Both the position numbers and the translations under genes were made by a program. 64,000 bases of DNA. Origin: Clostridiaceae bacterium. GTDB taxonomy: Bacteria > Bacillota > Clostridia > Saccharofermentanales > UBA5734. The stretch spans positions 501 to 64,500 of the forward strand of contig JAAYNF010000033.1 in assembly GCA_012520975.1 (NCBI GenBank), read 5' to 3'. The notes below the pieces were generated by a model. It made no database searches and was not told the DNA's origin. It was given only the letters and a program-made list of their open reading frames with translations. This document shows positions 9,575-17,461 of the stretch, piece by piece (position 1 is the first letter of the stretch; every line of letters starts with the position of its first letter).

Positions 9575-10555
9575 TCAACCCTCCAATGTGCGACGCGTGG
9601 AGAAGACCGTCAGGTTCAGCTTACGCTCGATGGTACCGGCAATTCCGTAGGGCAGGGCGACAATCACGACAATGGCGATAAACCCAAGAATGATCATGCT
9701 GTAGCCGGGATATTTGGACAGATATTCCGACAGGGCGACATAAATGATAGCGCCGAGAATCGGTCCCTCAATAGTGCCGATGCCGCCGATGATAACAATG
9801 AAGACAATGGCAACGGTCCATTCGGTTCCGAAGCCGCCGGAAGGGAAAATCGAGCCGCGATTCAAATAGAAGATGGCGCCGGCTATTCCGGTGAAAAACC
9901 CACTGACAACAAAGCAGAGCAATCTGGAGCGAAAAATATTGACGCCCACACTGGACGCCGCATCGGCATCATCGCGCATGGCGTTAAGGCCCAGTCCGGT
10001 TTTGGACTTCAACAGCGAATAGACAACGAGAATGGCAATGATGGACAATGAGAGCGCGATGACATAAATCAGGCTGACGCCCGGATAAGGGCGGGCCTTA
10101 ACCGACATGCCAGCACCCATTTTCACGAATTTCCAGCTGGTGAAAAAAGTCTTAAGGGCTTCGGCGGTTACCCAAGTGGCAATGGCGAAATACATTCCGC
10201 GCATCCGAAACAGAACCATGGACATTAAGAGAGCAAGAATTGCTGAAAACAGGCCGCCAAGCACGATGCCGATCCAGAAAGGCAGGTTATAGGTCGATGT
10301 GATGACACACAGGGTATAACCGGCTATACCGATAAAAGCCTGTTGGCCGAGGGAAGTCATGCCGGTGAAGCCGCTCATCAAATTCCACATGGTGCCCAAG
10401 GTGACATACAAAGCGATATTAAGCAATATCCGCATGGCGTTCGTGGAGAACAAGCCGGCCAGTCCAAGGACATAAAGCAGAACGATCAGTACCACCAAGA
10501 CGCCGAAGCGGAGAATCTTTTTCCCGGTTTTTTTTGTGACTTTGGTTTTGTTCAT
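9575..10555 (-). CDS. livM: Branched-chain amino acid ABC transporter permease
   Basis: Polytopic membrane protein with LivM-like motifs (GQQAFIGIGAY-type). ATG 10555 is preceded by GGAGGAGGA. The longer track ORF start overlaps livH. Confidence 0.85.
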   Translation of the reverse strand: MNKTKVTKKTGKKILRFGVLVVLIVLLYVLGLAGLFSTNAMRILLNIALYVTLGTMWNLMSGFTGMTSLGQQAFIGIAGYTLCVITSTYNLPFWIGIVLGGLFSAILALLMSMVLFRMRGMYFAIATWVTAEALKTFFTSWKFVKMGAGMSVKARPYPGVSLIYVIALSLSIIAILVVYSLLKSKTGLGLNAMRDDADAASSVGVNIFRSRLLCFVVSGFFTGIAGAIFYLNRGSIFPSGGFGTEWTVAIVFIVIIGGIGTIEGPILGAIIYVALSEYLSKYPGYSMIILGFIAIVVIVALPYGIAGTIERKLNLTVFSTRRTLEG

Positions 10556-10574
10556 GTATTGATCCTCCTCCTGC

Positions 10575-11414
10575 TCATTTGGCGAATAGGCCTTGTGGTC
10601 GCACAGCCAGCATGACGATGAGCACAAGATAACCAATCAAGAGCCCGTAATTTGACCCTCCCAAAACCTGGGCCAGTCCGAAGATAAAGCCGGCAACCAG
10701 CGTGCCCGTAATGCTGCCCATGCCACCAATGACCACGACACCGAAGGCAATAATCAGGTAACCGGAACCGGTGCTGGGATAGAAGGGATAAATCATGCCC
10801 ACCATGGTGCCGGCAATGGCAGCCGTGGCCAAGGCAAGTCCCATGGCGATACCATAGGTTTGTTTGACATTGACGCCCATCAGCGCGGCGGCTACCTTAT
10901 CGTCGCTGGTGGCCCGAATGGATCGCCCGATATAGGTTTTTTTCAGGAAAAGATTAAGCACAAAGAGCGTGGCGATGCCGATCAGGCAAACGACCAGATT
11001 GAGGACGGGGATACGCCCCATACCGCCCAAAGGGATGCTCAATGCTTGAAACGAAACAATCAGCCGATTGGCATCAGCGGAAAAAATCAGCAGCAGCGCG
11101 TTTTGAATGATAATCGACAGGCCGAAAGTGACCAGAAGGGCGGGTTCGGAACCGCGCTCCATCAGTTTGTTGATCAGAACGTTCTGTAAAATATAGCCGA
11201 TGACAAACATCAGCGGTACCGTGATGATCAGGGTCAAAAGTGGGCTTAATCCCAAACCGACACTGATTACACTGCTCAAATAAGCCGCTAGGATGATAAA
11301 TTCGCCATGGGCCAAGTTGGTTAGCTGAACGATGCCAAAAATCATGGTCATGCCGACGCCGACCAGCGCATAAACACCGCCCAAGAGAATCCCGTTGATC
11401 AGTTGTTGAGCCAT
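10575..11414 (-). CDS. livH: Branched-chain amino acid ABC transporter permease
   Basis: N-terminus MAQQLINGILLGGVYALVGVGMTMIFG and NLAHGEF are typical of LivH. Confidence 0.88.
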   Translation of the reverse strand: MAQQLINGILLGGVYALVGVGMTMIFGIVQLTNLAHGEFIILAAYLSSVISVGLGLSPLLTLIITVPLMFVIGYILQNVLINKLMERGSEPALLVTFGLSIIIQNALLLIFSADANRLIVSFQALSIPLGGMGRIPVLNLVVCLIGIATLFVLNLFLKKTYIGRSIRATSDDKVAAALMGVNVKQTYGIAMGLALATAAIAGTMVGMIYPFYPSTGSGYLIIAFGVVVIGGMGSITGTLVAGFIFGLAQVLGGSNYGLLIGYLVLIVMLAVRPQGLFAK

Positions 11415-11444
11415 TGAGTCAGCCTCCCTTCCGGATGAAAGCCG

Positions 11445-12158
11445 TTAAATGCCAAAGTACGCATTTTTAATGTCCTCCTCGGTAAGCTCACGTGACGGCC
11501 CGGACAGGACGATCTTGCCCTTGAGCATAACGTGACTGTAATCGCTGGTTTTTACACTGCGCTTGACATCCTGTTCGACCAGAACAATACTGGTTCCTTC
11601 AGCGTTGATCTGACGGATGCGGGAATAAATATCCTTGATGATGGTTGGGGCCAAACCAAGTGAGATCTCATCAAAAAGAATCAAATCGGGTTGCGACATG
11701 AGCGATCTCCCGATGGCCACCATTTGTCGTTGCCCACCGGATAAACTGCCGGACAGATCGTTCCTTTTCTCTTTGAGAACCGGGAACAACTCGTAAACCT
11801 TTTCCAGCATGGATGTCGCTCCTTTGCGGGCACAGCCGGGAAATGAGCCCATGATCAGATTGTCTTCGACGGTCATGCGGACAAAACAACGGCTGCCTTG
11901 CGGAACAAGGCTTAAACCTCGTCTGACGATTTCATAGGCCGGCAGTCCGGTAATATCTTCTCCTTTGAAAAAGATTCGCCCGGAAGACGGTTTGTGCACA
12001 CCGGCCACACAGTCCATCAATGTGGACTTGCCGGCCCCGTTTGAACCGATGATCGAAACGATGCTCTTGTTCGGCACACAAAGGGAAGCGTCCTGAACCG
12101 CCAAAAAGTCGCCATACCGTGCAGCAACATTCTCAATTGCCAGAATATTTTCACTCAT
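11445..12158 (-). CDS. livF: Branched-chain amino acid ABC transporter ATP-binding protein
   Basis: Walker A GSNGAGKST, signature LSGGQRQ, Walker B LILFDE. The ATG overlaps the livG stop by 8 nt. Confidence 0.88.
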   Translation of the reverse strand: MSENILAIENVAARYGDFLAVQDASLCVPNKSIVSIIGSNGAGKSTLMDCVAGVHKPSSGRIFFKGEDITGLPAYEIVRRGLSLVPQGSRCFVRMTVEDNLIMGSFPGCARKGATSMLEKVYELFPVLKEKRNDLSGSLSGGQRQMVAIGRSLMSQPDLILFDEISLGLAPTIIKDIYSRIRQINAEGTSIVLVEQDVKRSVKTSDYSHVMLKGKIVLSGPSRELTEEDIKNAYFGI

Positions 12159-12879
12159 CTTCTTCCACCCCCAGGTAAACCGCTTCCACCTGTTCAGAGG
12201 CCATGACTTCGCGCGGGTCGCCAATCAGGAGATCGGTTCCCTCGGACATGCACATCAGGCGATTGGTCGAATTAACCATGGTCTCGATGACGTGTTCGAT
12301 CCAGATGATCGTAAATCCTTCTGCTTTCAGATTGGCCACCAACGCCATGACATCCTGCACTTCGGCTTCGGTCAGACCGGCCGCCACTTCGTCCAGCAGC
12401 AGCATTTTGGGCGCCGTGCCGAGAGCACGGGCGATTTCCAAGCGCTTGCGATCCAATAAGGTCAGCTCGCCGGAGCGGACGGCGTGCTTGTCATAAAGAC
12501 CGGTTATTTCCAGCGCCCGTTGGCACTCGGGGCGAGCCGCCTGCTCGCTCAGGCCGGCGCCGTGAACCGCAGCCACCAGAACATTTTCAAAAACACTCAT
12601 ATTTTCAAAGGGACGCGGAACCTGATAGGTCCGTCCCAATCCCAAGTTGCAACGAGCATTGGCGCTCATATTGGTAATATTGTGACCATCGAAGTGAATT
12701 TCACCCTTGGTTGGCTGAATCAGGCCGATCAAGGCATTGAACATGGTTGTTTTTCCGCAACCGTTCGGTCCGATGACACCGAAAACTTCACCGCGGTAAA
12801 CCTCAAAATTCAGGTCAGAAAGAACTTTAACCCGGCCATAGCCGGCATCGACATTTTTGAAACTTAATAACGTATCCAT
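12151..12879 (-). CDS. livG: Branched-chain amino acid ABC transporter ATP-binding protein
   Basis: Walker A GPNGCGKTT, Walker B LLLDEVAAGL, H-loop IEHV. Confidence 0.88.
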   Translation of the reverse strand: MDTLLSFKNVDAGYGRVKVLSDLNFEVYRGEVFGVIGPNGCGKTTMFNALIGLIQPTKGEIHFDGHNITNMSANARCNLGLGRTYQVPRPFENMSVFENVLVAAVHGAGLSEQAARPECQRALEITGLYDKHAVRSGELTLLDRKRLEIARALGTAPKMLLLDEVAAGLTEAEVQDVMALVANLKAEGFTIIWIEHVIETMVNSTNRLMCMSEGTDLLIGDPREVMASEQVEAVYLGVEEDE

Positions 12880-12937
12880 GGAATCAGCCTCCGAAATCCA
12901 GCTTGGGTTTACCCGACAGCATGCGAATGATTATGAT

Positions 12938-12971
12938 GGAAGGGCGGAAAAGTCAGACTTTCCGCCCTTCC
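12938..12971 (-). promoter_or_regulatory. Strong intercistronic stem-loop between the first binding-protein gene and livG
   Basis: A 13-bp perfect stem GGAAGGGCGGAAA/TTTCCGCCCTTCC with an 8-nt loop. There is no U-tract on the transcribed (minus) strand, so it is more likely an mRNA-stabilising or processing element than a full terminator. Confidence 0.5.
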
Positions 12972-13014
12972 GTTGCTGGTTGATTTTTAGGAATCTGATG
13001 CCGACTTCATCGCA

Positions 13015-14289
13015 TCAGGGCAGGGGCTTGTATTCACCCGTAACCGGAATTTCAGGATTAACGCTGTTATTGATGATAAACAGTTTCAGTGAGCCATCGG
13101 CCTGACGTTGCCACTGGCCGCCGGCCACCGGGGTGAGGCCCCAATGATCATCATTGTATTTGATGGGACCCACGATGGTTTCGACATCAATGGCCTTGAT
13201 TCCGTCCCGGATGTTCTCCGGTTCCAGATTGGTGGCATTCATAAGCGCTGTAACGGCCAGTTCCAATGAGGCGTACTTGTAGCCCATGGGCTGGGTGATG
13301 TCCTCACCGGTTTCTTCGAGATAGAGTCTGGTTAATTCTGCGGGCGTCATACCGGTCAGCTTAGAGCTGTACGGGTGATGCGGGCTCCACCACACCTCGG
13401 CAACCATGCCGTCCATCAGGTCGGCACCGATTGCATTGGCATCGGCTTCAAGGAGATAGGCCTTCCCCATGGTTACCATTTTCGGCTTAAATCCAAGCTG
13501 GTTGGACTGCAGCCACAGCCCGGCAAAGTCCGGTGTGATATTGGTGCCGGCGAGGATTTCGACTCCTTCTTCGATAAATTGGCCGATCACATCGGAAAAA
13601 TCCGTTGTGCCCGACGGATACTGGCCGGGATCAACCAAGACAAAGCCGTCTGCGACGATGTTCTCACGGAAAACCTGAGCCCAAGCGGTGCCGTCGGCAT
13701 CGTTGGCAAAAGCAATTCCTATTTTGGTTCCGGGACCGAAACCGGCTTGTTTCCACATATCGGAATACAGTTCATACATAATTTCCAATGTCCAGAACGA
13801 ATGATAGGTCCACTCGTACGGGCCGGCTCCAAGCCAAGCATCGACCGGTGCCTCAATGGCAACGCAGGGCACTCCATAGCGCTCGGCAACCGCACTGACA
13901 GGATTGACGGTTTCCGGAGTGTGGCGGGCAATGATCAGGTCGACCTTGTCTTCTTCAATGAGCTTTTGGGCCATTTCGGCGCATTTGGTTGTGTCACTGG
14001 TTGAGTCATAGACAATGAGTTCAACGGGCAGCTTGGTGTCATAATCTTCAAAATAAATACCACCGAGCTCTTCATTGACATACTTGACAACCAGGTTTTC
14101 GGTCCAAGGACAGCCCTCACCGAATCCGGCCAGCGGACCGGTGGTGGGATTAATAAGACCGATTTTCACAACATTCTTGGGTGCTTTTTTCCCGGGTCCG
14201 CCGGGCTGATTGCCATCACAGGCCACCAGCGCCAGCAGCAAGAAAATAGTACACAAAACTGCGACTAGGCGGATCAGTGTTCTTTTCAT
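13015..14289 (-). CDS. ABC transporter substrate-binding lipoprotein (LivJ-like), first gene of the operon
   Basis: Signal peptide with lipobox ALVAC|D, type-I binding-protein-like sequence, and AGGGAGG-type RBS (GGGAGGTAAATC ATG). Confidence 0.8.
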   Translation of the reverse strand: MKRTLIRLVAVLCTIFLLLALVACDGNQPGGPGKKAPKNVVKIGLINPTTGPLAGFGEGCPWTENLVVKYVNEELGGIYFEDYDTKLPVELIVYDSTSDTTKCAEMAQKLIEEDKVDLIIARHTPETVNPVSAVAERYGVPCVAIEAPVDAWLGAGPYEWTYHSFWTLEIMYELYSDMWKQAGFGPGTKIGIAFANDADGTAWAQVFRENIVADGFVLVDPGQYPSGTTDFSDVIGQFIEEGVEILAGTNITPDFAGLWLQSNQLGFKPKMVTMGKAYLLEADANAIGADLMDGMVAEVWWSPHHPYSSKLTGMTPAELTRLYLEETGEDITQPMGYKYASLELAVTALMNATNLEPENIRDGIKAIDVETIVGPIKYNDDHWGLTPVAGGQWQRQADGSLKLFIINNSVNPEIPVTGEYKPLP

Positions 14290-14437
14290 GATTTACCTCC
14301 CAATGTAAGTGTGCCTTTTGAACATGCACCAGACTGTATACAAATACCATGGTACCGTAGAAAATCTGAAAAACTCCTTAAAAACTTCTAAGTAAAATCT
14401 AAAAATCCGATTTTCGACGGGTATTGCCGACCACGCT

Positions 14438-15004
14438 TTAAGATTCCGGCAGGATTGCCTCGATGCCGACCCGCAATGTTGATTCGCTGATGCCGCCGCG
14501 ATATCCATAGACAATGTAGCCGTCCTTGTCGATAAACAGAGTGGATGGGATGGATGTGATGCCATAAACACGGGCTGCATCGCGATCGGTATCGAAAAAA
14601 ACCGGAAAGATGAAACCTTCGCCATCGATGTATCGCTGCCCGTCGATCTGTTTTTCCTGCCGGCTGTCAACCAGATCAACCATCATAAACATGACGTCAT
14701 CTTTGACTTCTTGATAGACGCGATCGAAGTGGGGCATTTCATTGCGGCAGGGAGGGCACCAAGACGCCCAGAAATTGAGGACAACCGGCCGACCCCGATA
14801 ATCCGACAAACGATGCTCGGTGCCATCGGCTGCGTAAACGACGAAGTCCGGAGCCGAAATCAATTCCTTTTGCGTGACGGCCGGGATCATCGGTTCCGGC
14901 TTATTGGCTTTGGTCAACCCATCATAAGCAAAATAAGCCACCGCAATCAGGGCAATCAATGCAACGATCCAGATCAGGGTTTTGGTTTTTTGGGCCATAA
15001 TCAT
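14438..15004 (-). CDS. TlpA/ResA-like membrane-anchored thiol-disulfide oxidoreductase (thioredoxin fold)
   Basis: N-terminal TM anchor and active site WASWCPPC. Confidence 0.88.
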   Translation of the reverse strand: MIMAQKTKTLIWIVALIALIAVAYFAYDGLTKANKPEPMIPAVTQKELISAPDFVVYAADGTEHRLSDYRGRPVVLNFWASWCPPCRNEMPHFDRVYQEVKDDVMFMMVDLVDSRQEKQIDGQRYIDGEGFIFPVFFDTDRDAARVYGITSIPSTLFIDKDGYIVYGYRGGISESTLRVGIEAILPES

Positions 15005-15013
15005 CCTCCATCA

Positions 15014-15682
15014 TCAGGAAAGCAATGCCAAATAGCGTCCCATCAGGCCGGTTGCCATCAAGATGCCGACAATAATCAGTAAAATGCCGGAAATCAGGTT
15101 GACCGTTCGATAGTGTCGCTTGATCAAGTCAAAGGTACTTTTTAATTGGTTGATCAGCAGGGCGCTGATAATGAACGGAATGCCTAGGCCAAGGGAGTAA
15201 GCCAACAACATCAGGATGCCACGCAGGCTTTGTCCGGCCATAGCCGCCAGCATCAAGGCCGAGCCAAGGAAGGCACCAACGCAAGGTGTCCAGCTGATCG
15301 AAAAGATCATACCAAACAATACGGATGAAAAGAAACCGGTTTTAAAATTGCCAAGCGTCCAAGAATGATTGCCGCTGATCAGCGGCAGCCGGATCACGCC
15401 GATAAAGTTCAGGCCGAACAAAATGACGATGATACCCAAAATCAGGTTGAGCACCGTACCGTAACGGTGCAAAAATCCACCTGCAGCACCGGCAAAAGCT
15501 CCCAGCAAAACAAAAACGATGGTAAAGCCGGTGACAAAGCCAATCGCGTTCAATAGGGTTGTTCTTTTTTTATTGTGCAGATCCTGCCCGGCAAAAAAGG
15601 AAAGATAAACCGGCAAAAGCGGTAGTAGACAGGGTGATATAAAGGTGATGATCCCTTCGATAAAGGCAATTAAGTACTCCAT
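15014..15682 (-). CDS. ccdA: CcdA/DsbD-type transmembrane thiol-disulfide electron transporter
   Basis: Six-TM protein with FISPCLLPLLPVYLSF and a second conserved Cys in SWTPCVG. Confidence 0.88.
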   Translation of the reverse strand: MEYLIAFIEGIITFISPCLLPLLPVYLSFFAGQDLHNKKRTTLLNAIGFVTGFTIVFVLLGAFAGAAGGFLHRYGTVLNLILGIIVILFGLNFIGVIRLPLISGNHSWTLGNFKTGFFSSVLFGMIFSISWTPCVGAFLGSALMLAAMAGQSLRGILMLLAYSLGLGIPFIISALLINQLKSTFDLIKRHYRTVNLISGILLIIVGILMATGLMGRYLALLS

Positions 15683-15799
15683 TGGAACACAAAACCTCCG
15701 TTCATGCCGGATGATTTTTTATTATACTAAAAGCACCCGGGAGATTTCCATGGTAGAATTGTTTTTCAGATCAATCAATAATTATAATGAGGTGGCAAG

Positions 15800-16585
15800 A
15801 TGCTCGCCGATCATTACAATATTGTCTATCGCCATTCTGACCGAACTCCGATCCAGTTGCGGATTTCCGGCAACCGCCTGGTCATTGATTGTTGTTTTTC
15901 CTACAATCGGCGAGCTTTGCGTTTGTTTCGTCCTCTTCCGGAACAGACGGCGGCGGATTTGATCGAAGCCGGCATCCGACAGGCTTGGTCGGGTGTTTAT
16001 CGGCTGAATCTGACCGGTCCGGAAGATGAGTTCCCGGTTTTTGTTCAGGTTGTCATCCATCGCGACCGTCGTCGCCGTCCGGTCCGCATTTGTTTAAAGC
16101 GTCTGCTGATCAGGCCGGCGCATGTAATCAGTCCGGTTTGGCGCCGTATCTGGGGTGTTTTTAAGACCGGACAGCTGGAATCTATGGGCACCAACTGGGC
16201 GCCGACCCATCCCGGGAAAATGATTCTGCCCATCGGACTCTCACCGGTGACTTTGCGCCAAATCGCCGCCCATGAAGCCGGACATTTGTTTGGCCTGGGC
16301 GATGCGTATGGTGCCGTTTACCGTTTCTATCACGGTGTGCAGGGAAAAGAGCGTTACATGATGTACAGCAACCAAGAGGTGCACCCGGAGGAAATCGTCA
16401 TGCTGCTCAATGCCCATCAGACCGGTCGGATGCAGTTTTTCCCCCGCTCTTGGAATACGACACGGTTTGTGCAAGGGCTGCGAACCGATATCGCCAATCG
16501 GATCACGCGACTGGAGCGGCGACTGGCCGCCCGACGGACAAAAAATCGACAAGCGCCACAAAATTCAAATCGATCCTCCGAATAA
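15800..16585 (+). CDS. Hypothetical protein with a metzincin-like zinc-protease motif
   Basis: AAHEAGHLFGLGDAYG gives HExxHxxGxxD, followed 20-25 aa later by RYMMYS, a Met-turn candidate. There is no N-terminal signal peptide or TM segment, and the tail is Arg-rich. Confidence 0.6.
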   Translation: MLADHYNIVYRHSDRTPIQLRISGNRLVIDCCFSYNRRALRLFRPLPEQTAADLIEAGIRQAWSGVYRLNLTGPEDEFPVFVQVVIHRDRRRRPVRICLKRLLIRPAHVISPVWRRIWGVFKTGQLESMGTNWAPTHPGKMILPIGLSPVTLRQIAAHEAGHLFGLGDAYGAVYRFYHGVQGKERYMMYSNQEVHPEEIVMLLNAHQTGRMQFFPRSWNTTRFVQGLRTDIANRITRLERRLAARRTKNRQAPQNSNRSSE

Positions 16586-16597
16586 CCGGTCGGTTAT

Positions 16598-17269
16598 TTA
16601 TAACAACAACCAGAGCAATGAGGCCACCAGCATGATCGGCAGGGAGAGCCTTGACCCAAATCCGGCGACCGGCGAAGAGTCGGCATTTTGGCGCAGCAAT
16701 CCTACCGCTGACAGTGTAAGGACTGCCAGCCCTGCAACCAGATGGGAAAAAAGACGTTCCGGTTGCAGAAGAATCCGCAAGGATGCCGAGATCAGGGAAA
16801 AAATAATGACGCCGGCATTCGCTTTTTTTTGGTCGTAAAGGATCATTGCCCAGACCAGAAACGAGCTGAAGGCCAAGACCGATGTGACCTGTAGGAGCAA
16901 AGCAAAATAAAAATCGGTTGCCGGGTAAAAGGCGGTGTTCATCCAGATCGGCGGTTCAAAAGAACCCGGCCGCGTCAAAGCCGCCGACAGAGCATAGTAT
17001 GAGCCGGTTAACAACTCCACCCACATATACCGGGCGGCGATCGGGGCGGCGCAATATCGGCAGCGCCTGCCCAATAGAAGATAGCTCAAAACCGGAATCA
17101 GATCCGATGCCGCCAGATCGTGCCGGCAATTCGGACAAAAGGAACGTCCCCGCACGATGGTCAGGCCGGCGGGTAGACGATAGATGCAGACATTAAGGAA
17201 GCTGCCGATCAGCAAACCGGACAGCGCAAAAAAGATGATCCAGAGCGCGGATGTCAATTCAGCCGGCAT
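16598..17269 (-). CDS. PilD/ComC-like (A24-family) prepilin peptidase homologue, catalytic motif 2 apparently degenerate
   Basis: GSFLNVCIYRLP and the CPNC..17 aa..CRYC zinc-knuckle N-domain. ATG 17269 is preceded by AAGGAG at 6 nt. GFGSRLS sits where GGGD(I/V)KL is expected. Confidence 0.7.
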   Translation of the reverse strand: MPAELTSALWIIFFALSGLLIGSFLNVCIYRLPAGLTIVRGRSFCPNCRHDLAASDLIPVLSYLLLGRRCRYCAAPIAARYMWVELLTGSYYALSAALTRPGSFEPPIWMNTAFYPATDFYFALLLQVTSVLAFSSFLVWAMILYDQKKANAGVIIFSLISASLRILLQPERLFSHLVAGLAVLTLSAVGLLRQNADSSPVAGFGSRLSLPIMLVASLLWLLL

Positions 17270-17340
17270 TTGCGACTCCTTGTCAGCGGTCAAGACATAC
17301 AGACAGAGCCCAATTAACCCGATTATTTTAACATAAAACA

Positions 17341-17364
17341 TCAAACTACGGGTCAAACTACGGG
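17341..17364. repeat. Perfect tandem 12-mer (TCAAACTACGGG x2)
   Basis: Read directly at 17341-17352 and 17353-17364, in the divergent intergenic region 14 nt upstream of the tig -35 box. Confidence 0.9.
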
Positions 17365-17378
17365 GTTAACTTTTTTTC

Positions 17379-17407
17379 TTTACAAGCGGGATTTCATGTG
17401 CTAGAAT
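17379..17407 (+). promoter_or_regulatory. Sigma-A-type promoter for tig
   Basis: TTTACA, a 17-nt spacer, then TAGAAT with an upstream TG (TGCTAGAAT). Confidence 0.55.
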
Positions 17408-17461
17408 CTTGTAGCGTTTGCATTTCAGGCATTTTCATGCCTTTTGGGGAGGAAATACCAG

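Noticed and set aside
14350-14385. A CodY-box-like sequence (GAAAATCTGAAAAAC) upstream of the liv-type operon
   Set aside because: By my count only about 9 of 15 positions match AATTTTCWGAAAATT, which is too weak to call in an AT-rich leader. A nearby TACCATGGTA palindrome is also unassigned.
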